Below, piece by piece: positions 1-9,666 of a stretch of 54,143 bases of DNA (position 1 is its first letter; each line of letters opens with the position of its first letter). The stretch is from positions 1-54,143 of the forward strand of contig CAYSKO010000012.1 of NCBI GenBank assembly GCA_964431835.1, read 5' to 3'. The translations under genes and the position numbers were made by a program. The notes beneath the pieces were generated by a model. The model was given only the letters and a program-made list of their open reading frames with translations. It searched no databases and was not told the origin of the DNA. The DNA comes from an uncultured Planctomycetia bacterium (GTDB lineage: Bacteria; Omnitrophota; Gorgyraeia; 2-02-FULL-51-18).

Positions 1-47
1 GTGAACTCCGACGCCCCCGCTTGTAACGTTCAGTTCGAAACTAAAAG

Positions 48-135
48 TGGCGGAGGGGGTAGGATTCGAACCCACGGACCCTTGCGGGTCAGCGGTTTTC
101 AAGACCGCCGCATTCAACCACTCTGCCACCCCTCC
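48..135 (-). tRNA. tRNA-Ser(TGA)
   Basis: Reverse complement reads GGAGGGGTGGCAGAGTGGTTGAATGCGGCGGTC-TTGAAA-ACCGC, long variable arm, GGTTCGAATCC T-loop and encoded CCA. It lies immediately downstream of serS. Confidence 0.97.
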
Positions 136-150
136 GGAAAAAAATTTCCG

Positions 151-1425
151 TCAGCGCTTGAGAACCGCGGCGCCGTCTAGATACGGGCGGAGCGGCTCGG
201 GAACGACGACTGATCCGTCGGCGTTCTGGTAGTGCTCGAGGAGCGCTATCACGACGCGGGGAAGCGCGAGTCCCGATCCGTTCAGCGTGTGAACGTACTC
301 GGACTTGCCGGTCGTCTTCCTCTTGAACCGAATATTCGCGCGGCGCGCCTGGAAGTCCTCGAAATTGCTGACCGAGGAAACTTCGAGCCAGCGGTTGAGG
401 CCGGGTGCCCACGTTTCGATATCATAGCACTTGGCGGCCGAGAAACCCATGTCGCCGCTGCAAAGCTGGAGCACGCGGTACGGCAGGCCGAGTGTCTGGA
501 GGATGACTTCCGCATCCTTAAGGAGTGACTCGTGCTCGTCGTAGGACGTTTCGGGCTTCGTGAACTTCACTAGCTCGACCTTGTCGAACTGGTGGACGCG
601 GACGAGCCCCTTCGTGTCCTTGCCGTAGGAACCCGCTTCGCGGCGGAAGCACGGCGTGTACGCAGTGAACTTGAGCGGCAGGTCTTCTTCTTTAAGAACC
701 TCGTCGCGCAGCATGTTCGTGACGGGCACCTCGGCCGTCGGGATGAGATAAAGATCGTCGTCTTTAAGACGATACATGTCTTCCTCGAATTTCGGAAGCT
801 GGCCCGTACCGGTCATCGTCGCGCGGTTCACCAGAAGCGGCGGCCACACTTCGACGTATCCGTGATTTTTCGTGTGAGTGTCGAGCATGTAATTCAGGAG
901 TGCCCGCTCGAGACGGGCACCCAGACCTAGGAAAAGCGCAAAACCGCTGCCGGAGAGCTTGGACGCCCGTCCCATATCGATGATTCCAAGTTTTTGGGCG
1001 ATCTCGGTATGCTCTTTCGCCAGAAAAGGGTGCTTCCGTGGCTCGCCCCACGAGGAAACGACGCTGTTTTGGGAAGCGTCCGTGCCGAGAGTGACCGATT
1101 TATGAGGCAAATTTGGGATAACCAGCTGAATATCACGTACTTTTTGATCAATTTCAGCCACTTTAGGCTCTAGTTCAGTGATTCTTTGGGAAACTACCTT
1201 CATCGAACCGATGGTTTCCTTGGGGTCTTTCTTCTCTTTGAGGAGAATCGAGATCTGATCGTTGGCCCGGTTTTTCTCTCCCCGAAGGACGTCCAGCTCC
1301 TGCCCTAGCGCCCGGCGTTCGGCGTCCAGACGTAGAAAGCCCTCGAAATCGAGCTTGGGGGCTCGAATTTTTAAGGCCTCACGTACGGCTTCTTGATTTT
1401 CGCGTATAAAAGACAGATCGAGCAT
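151..1425 (-). CDS. serS: Seryl-tRNA synthetase
   Basis: N-terminal MLD..FIR coiled-coil arm; LIPTAEVP, CFRREAGSYGKDTKGLVRVHQFDKVE, EVSSVSNFEDFQARR and HTLNGSGLA motifs. Confidence 0.98.
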   Translation of the reverse strand: MLDLSFIRENQEAVREALKIRAPKLDFEGFLRLDAERRALGQELDVLRGEKNRANDQISILLKEKKDPKETIGSMKVVSQRITELEPKVAEIDQKVRDIQLVIPNLPHKSVTLGTDASQNSVVSSWGEPRKHPFLAKEHTEIAQKLGIIDMGRASKLSGSGFALFLGLGARLERALLNYMLDTHTKNHGYVEVWPPLLVNRATMTGTGQLPKFEEDMYRLKDDDLYLIPTAEVPVTNMLRDEVLKEEDLPLKFTAYTPCFRREAGSYGKDTKGLVRVHQFDKVELVKFTKPETSYDEHESLLKDAEVILQTLGLPYRVLQLCSGDMGFSAAKCYDIETWAPGLNRWLEVSSVSNFEDFQARRANIRFKRKTTGKSEYVHTLNGSGLALPRVVIALLEHYQNADGSVVVPEPLRPYLDGAAVLKR

Positions 1426-1477
1426 TCGATTCCTCGGGTTTGAAAACGTCCCTAATTATAATACGAAAATGCGGAAG

Positions 1478-3145
1478 TCACCATAGACGAATGCGGCCCC
1501 GGATCCGGAGGGCCTCGAAGAGAAGAAAGAGGAGCATTCCGGCGAAAAGGGTTCCCCCTGCCACGTGTGCGACTTTCATGTAGGTAGGAACGACCAACCG
1601 CGCGCGGATGCTGGAATCTCCCGGAAAAAGGGCGAGCACCGCGCGGCCGTCGGGACCTGCGCGGGAAACGCGGGCGCTTCCTTGGGCCTCCCAAATAAGC
1701 CACGGAGCCGAGGCACGCGGGAACCCGTGCTCTCCCCCAGCGGGAGCCGGATCAATTTCGAAAGTTTCGTCCCGCACGCTTCCCGTGCGGCGGATCACCT
1801 TGGCTGAAAACGTCGCTGGACCCCTCGAGATGGAAGGCGGCAAGAATTCCGCGACGCCGACGCCCTCCGTTCTTCTGGCGAAATCCGCGGGGCCCGGCGG
1901 CGGACCGTCGAGGAAAATCGCCGGTGACGCGGAGATCGACAAAAAAATCAGGCTTTGGAGGATGGGAGCCGCATGCCAGAGACGCGTACGCGCCGGATCG
2001 TCCTTTCCCCGCTCCGGTAGGACGCAAGCGGCCAGGATCGCCGTGAACAAGCACAGCGGAGACAGCATCCGCCAAACAAGCTGCGAATCCGCAAGATAAG
2101 AGACGTGAAGCGGTTCGCTCGCCGGATTCATCATGAAAAGGTACACCGAACAGGCGGCGAGGGCGCCGTAAGCGCGTCGATCCGGGTGTCCTCTCAACAG
2201 GAGCAGCGCGCTGCCGACGAACGCCGCGGCGGTCACGGGACCCGCGCTCCAAAACCGTGAGAGCGAAAAATAATCCCCCCACCCCATGAAGCTATCGCGG
2301 AAATCCATGACCGACCCGGTCACCTCTCCGCGTTCGATAAGAATCGGCAGCCAATGAAAAGCCGTCGCGCATACGCAGACGGCCCCCGCGAGCGCGAACG
2401 ACGCGAGTGCGGCGGCGCCGAAACGTCCGCGGGCCACGAACACGAGGAAAGGAACCGCCCCCAGGAGGAAATAAGCGAAAGAGATAGGGTGTAGGAGGAC
2501 CGCGACGCTCAGGAAAAATGCAAGGGCCACGACGTCTCGCGTCGCCGGTAAGCGGATGGTACGCAGCGCGAAGAAGAGCCCCCAGATGCACGCCGCATAT
2601 CCCATCGTCTCGGCGAACGCGAAGCGCTGGAAGAATTCGCCCGCGAAATAATTGGAACCGGCGAAAAGAAGGACGCAAGCCGCGGCTCTCTCGCTCTCCG
2701 GCCGGAAAAAACCCACCAAGACGCGCGCGCCCAGCACCTGCGCCGCGAAAACCGCCGCGAACGAAAGCTTCAGCGCGAAGTAGGGGGCGGCGCCGAAGAG
2801 ACGGAACAATGCCGCGGGGATGTAAATCCACTGGGAATAGAAAAAGAAGACCGGAAGACCCCCGCCCTGAAAAACGCGTTCGGTCAGGAACGCGCGTTGT
2901 CCCCGGGACCAGGCGAGGAACGCTTCGTCAAAATAAGCCAAATGCTGGGAGAGGTCGTGTCCCGTCCCCTGACTGAGAAAGACCGCCAGGCTCATCCCGC
3001 CGACGTACCAGAGGAGGGGGCGTCGGGAACCGGTGTCCCGGCGGCAAAAGATAAAGGCCGCGATCAAATAGCCTGTCGCGGCGGCGAGCTTCCAGTGGGA
3101 CAAGTGAGAGGAAATCAGGTGCGCACCTCTTCCGATCGCGTCCAA
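1478..3145 (-). CDS. Polytopic membrane protein, probable GT-C-fold glycosyltransferase (YfhO / 'PTPS-related domain' type); start uncertain
   Basis: Many hydrophobic segments. GGGLPVFFFYSQW and RFAFAE..G resemble the G.GYPLF.FYPP and RG...E motifs of this family, followed by a C-terminal soluble domain and a final TM helix. TTG start, no clear RBS. Confidence 0.55.
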   Translation of the reverse strand: MDAIGRGAHLISSHLSHWKLAAATGYLIAAFIFCRRDTGSRRPLLWYVGGMSLAVFLSQGTGHDLSQHLAYFDEAFLAWSRGQRAFLTERVFQGGGLPVFFFYSQWIYIPAALFRLFGAAPYFALKLSFAAVFAAQVLGARVLVGFFRPESERAAACVLLFAGSNYFAGEFFQRFAFAETMGYAACIWGLFFALRTIRLPATRDVVALAFFLSVAVLLHPISFAYFLLGAVPFLVFVARGRFGAAALASFALAGAVCVCATAFHWLPILIERGEVTGSVMDFRDSFMGWGDYFSLSRFWSAGPVTAAAFVGSALLLLRGHPDRRAYGALAACSVYLFMMNPASEPLHVSYLADSQLVWRMLSPLCLFTAILAACVLPERGKDDPARTRLWHAAPILQSLIFLSISASPAIFLDGPPPGPADFARRTEGVGVAEFLPPSISRGPATFSAKVIRRTGSVRDETFEIDPAPAGGEHGFPRASAPWLIWEAQGSARVSRAGPDGRAVLALFPGDSSIRARLVVPTYMKVAHVAGGTLFAGMLLFLLFEALRIRGRIRLW

Positions 3146-3164
3146 ACCGCGGACGTTTCGAAAA

Positions 3165-3240
3165 TGGTGAGCCGGGAGAGGATCGAACTCTCGACACCTT
3201 CCTTAAAAGGGAAGTGCTCTACCAACTGAGCTACCGGCTC
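3165..3240 (-). tRNA. tRNA-Lys(TTT)
   Basis: GAGCCGGTAGCTCAGTTGGTAGAGCACTTCC-CTTTTAA-GGAAG...GTTCGATCC...CGGCTCACCA; 76 nt, CCA encoded. Confidence 0.97.
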
Positions 3241-3255
3241 CCGTTTCAGGCTGTA

Positions 3256-3816
3256 TTAGCCCTGCAGGTCTTTTTCTTTGGCGGCTTGAGACTGATCGAT
3301 TAGCTGGATATAGCGATCAGTGAGCTTCTGGATGTCTTCCTGGCCCTTGCGGCTCTCGTCCTCGGTGACCTTCTTTTCCTTCTCGAGCTTCTTGAGCTGT
3401 TCGTTCGCATCGCGCCGCACACCGCGCATGGAGACGCGGCCTTCCTCGGCGAGCTTGTGGACGATTTTAACGAGCTCTTCGCGGCGTTCGCGCGTGAGCG
3501 CGGGAATCGCCAGGCGAATGGACTTGCCGTCGACCATCGGCTGGATACCGATGTCGGATTCGGCAACCGCCTTCTCGATCGACTTGAGCGCGGAAGTGTC
3601 CCACGGCGCGATGACGATCATGCGCGGCTCGGGGATCGTGATGTTCGCCAGCTGTTTGAGCGGCGTCGATGCCCCGTAGTAATCCACGCGGATGTTCTCG
3701 ACGATGCCCGAGTTCGCGCGGCCGGTACGGACGCCGGCGAAGTTGTGCTGGACGATCTCCAGCGACTTCTTCATCTTCTCTTCCGTTTCCTGCATGATCT
3801 GCTTCGCGGTGCTCAT
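3256..3816 (-). CDS. frr: Ribosome recycling factor
   Basis: VRTGRAN, VDYYG..TPL.QLA, P.LT.ERR.ELVK motifs; canonical position after pyrH. Confidence 0.97.
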   Translation of the reverse strand: MSTAKQIMQETEEKMKKSLEIVQHNFAGVRTGRANSGIVENIRVDYYGASTPLKQLANITIPEPRMIVIAPWDTSALKSIEKAVAESDIGIQPMVDGKSIRLAIPALTRERREELVKIVHKLAEEGRVSMRGVRRDANEQLKKLEKEKKVTEDESRKGQEDIQKLTDRYIQLIDQSQAAKEKDLQG

Positions 3817-3825
3817 GATTAGCCT

Positions 3826-4557
3826 TTAGTTCGTGACGGTGGTCCCGATCTCCTGGCCCGACACCGCACGCTGGATGTTGCCGTGCTTCAATAGGTCGAA
3901 CACCACGATCGGAAGGTTGTTGTCCATGCAGAGGCTGATTGCGGTCGCGTCCATGACCTTCAGCCCCTTCTTGAGGACGTCCATGTACTTGAGCTTCGTG
4001 AAACGCTTGGCCGTTGGCACTTTCTTCGGGTCGGCGGAATAGATGCCGTCGACCTTCGTGGCTTTAAGGATCACTTCGGCGCCGAGCTCGATCGCGCGAA
4101 GCGCCGCAGTCGTGTCGGTAGTGAAATACGGGTTCCCGGTACCGCCCGCGAGGATCACGATGCGGCCCTTTTCCAGATGGCGCATCGCGCGGCGTCGGAT
4201 GTACGGCTCGGCGAGCGCTTCCATCGTGATGGCGGTCTGAACACGGGTGAACACGCCCTTTCGTTCGAGCGCATCCTGTAGCGCCATGCCGTTGATTACG
4301 GTGGCGAGCATGCCCATGTAATCGGCGGTGGAGCGGTCCATGCCGGTCGCGGAAGCCGAAAGACCTCGGAAGATGTTGCCGCCGCCGATCACGACCGCGA
4401 GCTCGACCCCCATCTCCTTCACCGTCTTCAGCTGGTTCGCGATCGAATCCAGCACGTGCCCGTCGATGCCGTGGTTCTGAGAACCCTGGAGCGCCTCGCC
4501 CGAAAGCTTGAGAAGAACGCGCTTGTAGACGCTCTGCTGCGACGTAGTTTTCTTCAT
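3826..4557 (-). CDS. pyrH: UMP kinase
   Basis: [38 protein letters not shown]. Confidence 0.98.
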   Translation of the reverse strand: MKKTTSQQSVYKRVLLKLSGEALQGSQNHGIDGHVLDSIANQLKTVKEMGVELAVVIGGGNIFRGLSASATGMDRSTADYMGMLATVINGMALQDALERKGVFTRVQTAITMEALAEPYIRRRAMRHLEKGRIVILAGGTGNPYFTTDTTAALRAIELGAEVILKATKVDGIYSADPKKVPTAKRFTKLKYMDVLKKGLKVMDATAISLCMDNNLPIVVFDLLKHGNIQRAVSGQEIGTTVTN

Positions 4558-5402
4558 TCCTGCGCCGCGGGAGTGGCGGTTTCGCCGAGCTGGAAGCGGA
4601 CGAAGCGTTTCACTTCGACGGTGTCGCCGGCCTTCTTCGCGGCTTCGGCGATGAGCTGGGTGACCGACTGCTTGTCGTCCTTGATGTACGGCTGCTCGAG
4701 CAGGCAGTTCGTCTGGTAGAACTTCTCGAGCTTGCCTTGGACGATCTTCTCGAGGATGTTGTCGGGCTTCCCCTTTACTTCCTCGCGGTAGATCGCCTTC
4801 TCGCGCTCGAGTTTCTCCCCCGGAACTTCCTGGCGGCGCACGCAGAGCGCGTTCGACGCGGCGACCTGCATCGCGAGCGTCTTACCGAGCTCCTCGACCG
4901 CCGGATTCTTCGCGGACTCGGGCTTCCCCGTCGCGACTTCGACGATGACGCCGAGTTTCTGGTTCGAGTGCACGTAGGTGAAAAGACCGCCCTTGGATTC
5001 GACGAGCGCGGCGCGGCGCACGAGAATCTTCTCGCCGATCTTGCCCGACAGCTCGGCCACGCGGTCCGAGAGCTTCTGCGACGTGGAGACGGCGGCCTCG
5101 CCGTTCGTGAACGCCTCGTCCAAAGCCAGGTTCACGAGGTTCTTGAAGTCGTCCGTACGGGCCACGAAGTCGGTCTCGCAGTTCACTTCGACGAGCGCCG
5201 CTTTCGAACCGCGGATCTGCGCCGAAACGAAACCTTCCTTGGCATCGCGGCCGGCGCGCTTGGCGGCCGACGCGAGTCCTTTCTTACGCAGGAAGTCGAG
5301 CGCCTTCTCGAGGTCGTTGTCCGATTCCTTGAGCGCGGCGCGGCAGTCGAGGATGCCCGCGCCGGTGCGTTCGCGGAGGTCCTTGAGGAGGTCGAGCGTC
5401 AT
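4554..5402 (-). CDS. tsf: Elongation factor Ts
   Basis: [12 protein letters not shown] and [11 protein letters not shown] motifs; between rpsB and pyrH. Confidence 0.97.
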   Translation of the reverse strand: MTLDLLKDLRERTGAGILDCRAALKESDNDLEKALDFLRKKGLASAAKRAGRDAKEGFVSAQIRGSKAALVEVNCETDFVARTDDFKNLVNLALDEAFTNGEAAVSTSQKLSDRVAELSGKIGEKILVRRAALVESKGGLFTYVHSNQKLGVIVEVATGKPESAKNPAVEELGKTLAMQVAASNALCVRRQEVPGEKLEREKAIYREEVKGKPDNILEKIVQGKLEKFYQTNCLLEQPYIKDDKQSVTQLIAEAAKKAGDTVEVKRFVRFQLGETATPAAQE

Positions 5403-6157
5403 CGTGCTTCCGCTTCGCCAGCGACCGCTTCGGCCGTTTCTTCCGCGTCTTTGTTGAAGTCGTTCTTCTTCTTGGATTTCTGAAGGCCTTCGATCAGGCT
5501 GTCGGTGAGGACGCTCGTGATGAGCTTGATCGAGCGGATTGCATCGTCGTTGCCCGGGATCGGGTACTGGATGCGGTCCGGATCGGAGTCCGTGTCGACG
5601 ATGCCGATGACGGGGATGCCAAGGCGGTTGGCTTCGCGCACCGCGATGTCTTCCTTCTTCGCGTCGATGATGAACAGGGCTCCCGGAAGGCGGCCCATCT
5701 CGGCGACGCCGATCAGGTTCTTCTCGAGCTTCGCGATCTCGGCTTCGTTGTTGGCGACTTCCTTCTTCGTGAGCGCTTCGAACGTGCCGTCCTCGCGCAT
5801 CGTCACGAGCTGGCGGTAACGGCGCACGGAGTTACGGATGGTCTGGTAGTTGGTGAGCATGCCGCCGAGCCAGCGATGACGCACGTAGTACATCCCGGCG
5901 CGCTTGGCTTCGGATTGGACGATGTCTTGGGCCTGGGGCTTCGTTCCTACGTACAGGATTGGAGCGCCGGAAACCGCGATTTCGCGGATGAAATTGCAGG
6001 CGCGGGTCAGGGCCTGGACGGTCTTTTCCAGGTCGATGATGTAGATGCCGTTCTTCTCGCCGAAAATGTAGGGCTTCATCTTCGGGTTCCACTTGCGGGT
6101 TTGATGACCGAAATGGACGCCCGCTTCGAGCAGGTTAGTGACGAGTTCTTTCGACAA
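5399..6157 (-). CDS. rpsB: 30S ribosomal protein S2
   Basis: [38 protein letters not shown]; TTG start with AAGGAG RBS. Confidence 0.98.
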   Translation of the reverse strand: MSKELVTNLLEAGVHFGHQTRKWNPKMKPYIFGEKNGIYIIDLEKTVQALTRACNFIREIAVSGAPILYVGTKPQAQDIVQSEAKRAGMYYVRHRWLGGMLTNYQTIRNSVRRYRQLVTMREDGTFEALTKKEVANNEAEIAKLEKNLIGVAEMGRLPGALFIIDAKKEDIAVREANRLGIPVIGIVDTDSDPDRIQYPIPGNDDAIRSIKLITSVLTDSLIEGLQKSKKKNDFNKDAEETAEAVAGEAEAR

Positions 6158-6321
6158 TGGAATGCTCCTTCGTTTTAAAGGGAACGCATAAGTCTCTCGT
6201 TAGCAAGAGCTTATGTACGGTTGCCCGTTTCTCCCCGCCTCGCCCTAAAAAGCGAAACCGGATGGCGAAACCCTTTCAATTAGACAAAAACTCCCCGCCT
6301 CACGAGAAACGAGAAGCCTAG

Positions 6322-6351
6322 ATTATACCCGCTCGTCGCGGCGAAAATCAA
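6322..6351 (-). promoter_or_regulatory. Sigma70-type promoter for the rpsB-tsf-pyrH-frr operon
   Basis: Minus strand TTGATT-18 bp-TATAAT about 165 nt upstream of the rpsB start. Confidence 0.65.
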
Positions 6352-6379
6352 GGGGAACTTTAGAAAGCCGGAGGCGGTT

Positions 6380-8197
6380 TTAAACGCGGAACTGCAGGTC
6401 GTACAAGCGTTTATAGAGGCCGTCTTTCTTCATGAGCGCCTCGTGCGTGCCGGTCTCGACGACCTCGCCTTCGCTCACCACCACGATCCGGTTGGCGTCC
6501 TTGATGGTGGACAGGCGGTGCGCGATGACGAGAGCCGTCCGACCCTGCATTAAATTATGGATCGCATCCTGGACCAAAAGCTCCGATTCGGTATCCAGAG
6601 CGGATGTCGCTTCGTCTAGGATCAAAATAGGCGGGTTCTTGAGGACCGCGCGCGCGATCGAAAGCCGTTGCCGTTCGCCGCCCGAGAGCCGGACGCCCCG
6701 GTCGCCGATCACGGTCTGGTAGTTTTGCGGCATCTTTGAAATGAAGTGATGGGCGTTCGCGATTTTGGCGGCGCGCTCGATGTCTGCCTGTGGCGTGTTC
6801 GAGCGGCCATACGCGATATTCGCGCTCACCGTGTCGTTGAAAAGGACGGTCTCTTGAGTGACGAGCCCGATTTGTCCGCGCAAGGAAGCGATCGAGGCGT
6901 CCCGGATGTCGATTCCGTTGATCGTGATGCGGCCGGCCTCGGGGTCGTAGAAGCGCGGCAGAAGGTTCACGAGACTCGTCTTTCCGGAACCGCTCGGGCC
7001 CACGATAGCCACGATCTCGCCCGCCTTCACCTCGAGATCGAGGCGCCGGATCACGGGTTTCCCCGGCAGATAACCAAACCGCACTCCCTCGAAACGGATC
7101 GAGGACCGGAGCGGCTCGAGTGGGCGCGCGTCTTCTTTTTCGACGATTTCGTTGGGCGTGTCCAGCATCTCGAAAATGCGTTCGGCCGCCGCAAGCGCGT
7201 GCTGATTGATGCCGTGTACGCGTGAAAGGCGTTTGAACGGCCTGAGCAGCGAGAAGAGCGCGACTAGGAACGCGATGAACGCCCCCGGCGACATCCCGCG
7301 GTCGATTACCTCTTTGCCCCCGATCCAGAGCACGCTGCCGAGACAGATGTACCCGATGAATTCAGTGAGAGGCGAGACCAAGATCATCCGTCCCACCGAA
7401 AGCATCATCGTTTTGTAGAAGGCGTGGTTTTGACGCTTGAAACGGTCGATCTCGTACTTCTCCATCCCGAAGCCCTGCACGATGCGGATGCCGGAGATGG
7501 ATTCAAACAGTGTGGAATTGATCTCGGCGACCTGCTCCTGCGCCGAACGGCTGATCTTTTTGAGGCGCCGGCCCACGCGCAGGACCGGATAAACGATAAG
7601 CGGCAGGAGGACGAAAATGACGAGGACGAGCGTCCAAGGGATGCCGAACATCGCCTTCACGACCAGGAGTGAGATGAGGTACACCGCGATCTGGAGGGGC
7701 TGGAAGAGGAAGTCGGTCAGACCCTCGGAGACCGCATCCCGGATGACGCCGGTGTCGTAGGTGATGCGCGAAACGAGCGCGCCGGTCTGCGAGCGACCGA
7801 AGAATCCCAACGGAAGTCCGACGATCTTCGAATAAACATCGTTCCGGAGGTCGCGGATCACGCGCTGGGACATCTCGTTCATGAAGTAGGACTGGAAATA
7901 CTCGCAGACCAGGCGCACGAGCGAGAAGCCGAGCACCGCCACGATGAGCGTGTTCAAAAGCTCCCAGCGGGACATCGCGTTCAGCTTGTAGATCCAGTCG
8001 ACGAGAAAGAGCGGGAGGCGGTTGTCGTGCGGAATCGCCACGGGCTTGCCGGCGAGGACCGTGTCGACAAACGGAATAATTAGGCCGACCACCGGGAAAC
8101 CGCCGAGCGCGGCGTTCAGCGCCATGGCTACGTACGCTCCCGCGAGGATCCGCCGGTGCGGAAGCACCAGCCCGATCATCCGCCGGTAAGGCGTCAT
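6380..8197 (-). CDS. msbA: MsbA-like lipid A flippase (ABC transporter, fused TMD+NBD)
   Basis: TM domain, Walker A GPSGSGKT, LSGGERQR signature, ILDEATSALD; lies among lipid A genes. Confidence 0.85.
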   Translation of the reverse strand: MTPYRRMIGLVLPHRRILAGAYVAMALNAALGGFPVVGLIIPFVDTVLAGKPVAIPHDNRLPLFLVDWIYKLNAMSRWELLNTLIVAVLGFSLVRLVCEYFQSYFMNEMSQRVIRDLRNDVYSKIVGLPLGFFGRSQTGALVSRITYDTGVIRDAVSEGLTDFLFQPLQIAVYLISLLVVKAMFGIPWTLVLVIFVLLPLIVYPVLRVGRRLKKISRSAQEQVAEINSTLFESISGIRIVQGFGMEKYEIDRFKRQNHAFYKTMMLSVGRMILVSPLTEFIGYICLGSVLWIGGKEVIDRGMSPGAFIAFLVALFSLLRPFKRLSRVHGINQHALAAAERIFEMLDTPNEIVEKEDARPLEPLRSSIRFEGVRFGYLPGKPVIRRLDLEVKAGEIVAIVGPSGSGKTSLVNLLPRFYDPEAGRITINGIDIRDASIASLRGQIGLVTQETVLFNDTVSANIAYGRSNTPQADIERAAKIANAHHFISKMPQNYQTVIGDRGVRLSGGERQRLSIARAVLKNPPILILDEATSALDTESELLVQDAIHNLMQGRTALVIAHRLSTIKDANRIVVVSEGEVVETGTHEALMKKDGLYKRLYDLQFRV

Positions 8198-9588
8198 GCG
8201 GGTCGCGAGAGGAGCAAGAATTCCTCGAACCGCCCCTTCTCTTGGAGCGAGGAGCCGAATCGCGCCGGAAGCGCGTTCCAGTCATCCGTATGGATCAGAA
8301 GGTGGACGGGGCCCGGCTTCGCCATGAGCGCTTCGAGCGCGGCCGGATTGTCGACGTAGGAGTTGGGGCGCTCGATATAAAAGTGTGTCGCCGGCGCCTC
8401 GTGGAAATCGTAAAGGTGGACGCGGGTGCCCACGGGAACGTGCTTTTGGACGATCGGCGCGATGCCCTTGATTTCCCTCGCGTAGTCGAGATCCCATAAA
8501 TGCGAATACGGCACGTGGAGCGCCATCGCAAGGACCATCGCCGGAAACACCCAGAGGCGCCGCTTTTCTTTGATGATCTTCGCGAGCACCCACGCGACCG
8601 TGATCGAAGCGGCCGGGTACGCGGGCACAATGTACCACGGAAGCTTCGTGCGTACGAGTGTCACGATGAGAAGGATCGTCCCGATCCAGGCAACCATAAA
8701 CGTTTCCTCGAGCCCCCTTTCCTTCGCGGCGCGGAAAACGAAGAAAGGCACCGAAAAGACGCCGACGAGCGCCCACGGGTGGTACTTGTTGATGAAGGTG
8801 CGGATGTAGAAGTACCAGTTGCCGGTGTGGCCGTCGATCGCGCTCGTCGTGCGCGCCACGAGGTGGCGGACGACGACGTCCTCCATGAAGGCGTTGCGGT
8901 TCGAGAAAAGCTCGAAGAGATGCCACGGCAGCGCCACGGCGACGGCGATCATCACGCCGACCCAGAACGAGGAGTTCGCGAGCATCGCAAGCTCGTCCGC
9001 CCACAGACAGTAGGCGATGACAACCGGGAAGAAAAGAATCGCCGCGAAACCCTTCACGAGAAAAGCCAGACCGACCGCGATACCGGAAAAAATGAACCAA
9101 CGGTTCCGCTCCCGGCCGCGCCAGAAGCAGTACAGCGCGAGCGTCAGAAAGAAAAGGAGGGGGCCGTCCATCATCCCGAAGCGGGACGCACGGAGGAAAT
9201 GGGTGGAGTTTAAAAGGACGAACGCACCGAGGAACCCCGTCCAGCGGCCGTAGAGCTTCGTGCCTAGGAGATAGGTCACGATCACCGCGCCGGCGCCGCA
9301 GAGGGCCGAAAAAAGACGCGCGGCGAACTCGTTGATGCCGAAAAGCTTGTAGAAGAGAGCGGTCATCCAGATCGCGAGCGGCGGCTTGTCGAACCACTGC
9401 TCGCCGCCGAGCGTCAGGTGGAACCAGTCGCCGGAAAGGACGATTTCCTTCGCGACCGTCGCGTAGATCGCCTCGTCCCAGCTGGCGAGCGAACCGTTGC
9501 CGAGGCTCAAAAGAAGCGACGCGAATGCGAGAGGAATCAGGAAAACGAGGTAACCGAAGGAACCGGCGTGGGCTTTCTCTTGAGGCAT
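8194..9588 (-). CDS. ArnT/PMT-family glycosyltransferase (lipid A or protein modifying)
   Basis: WDEAIYATVAKE, WFDKPPL, ARLFSAL, LVKG, TKLPWY motifs; polytopic; 4-bp overlap with msbA. Confidence 0.85.
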   Translation of the reverse strand: MPQEKAHAGSFGYLVFLIPLAFASLLLSLGNGSLASWDEAIYATVAKEIVLSGDWFHLTLGGEQWFDKPPLAIWMTALFYKLFGINEFAARLFSALCGAGAVIVTYLLGTKLYGRWTGFLGAFVLLNSTHFLRASRFGMMDGPLLFFLTLALYCFWRGRERNRWFIFSGIAVGLAFLVKGFAAILFFPVVIAYCLWADELAMLANSSFWVGVMIAVAVALPWHLFELFSNRNAFMEDVVVRHLVARTTSAIDGHTGNWYFYIRTFINKYHPWALVGVFSVPFFVFRAAKERGLEETFMVAWIGTILLIVTLVRTKLPWYIVPAYPAASITVAWVLAKIIKEKRRLWVFPAMVLAMALHVPYSHLWDLDYAREIKGIAPIVQKHVPVGTRVHLYDFHEAPATHFYIERPNSYVDNPAALEALMAKPGPVHLLIHTDDWNALPARFGSSLQEKGRFEEFLLLSRPA

Positions 9589-9651
9589 AAAAGAAAAACG
9601 TCTCCGAAGTTCGGGCCATCATAACATAGAGACCCCCGCAAGTCGACTTCA

Positions 9652-9660
9652 TGCTAAAAT
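9652..9660 (+). promoter_or_regulatory. Extended -10 element (TGcTAAAAT), probably a leaderless promoter
   Basis: TGnTAAAAT ends 6 nt before the ATG at 9667, leaving no room for a Shine-Dalgarno after the start site. Confidence 0.5.
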
Positions 9661-9666
9661 GGGGCC

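Noticed and set aside
1-46. Possible 5' end of a structural RNA (e.g. SRP RNA) downstream of tRNA-Ser on the minus strand
   Set aside because: Only about 30 nt are visible before the window edge and no diagnostic motif is present.
47-232. 61-aa plus-strand ORF (MAEGVGFEPT...)
   Set aside because: It is the antisense reading of tRNA-Ser; similar artefacts overlie tRNA-Lys (2897-3229) and tRNA-Gln (28531-28743).
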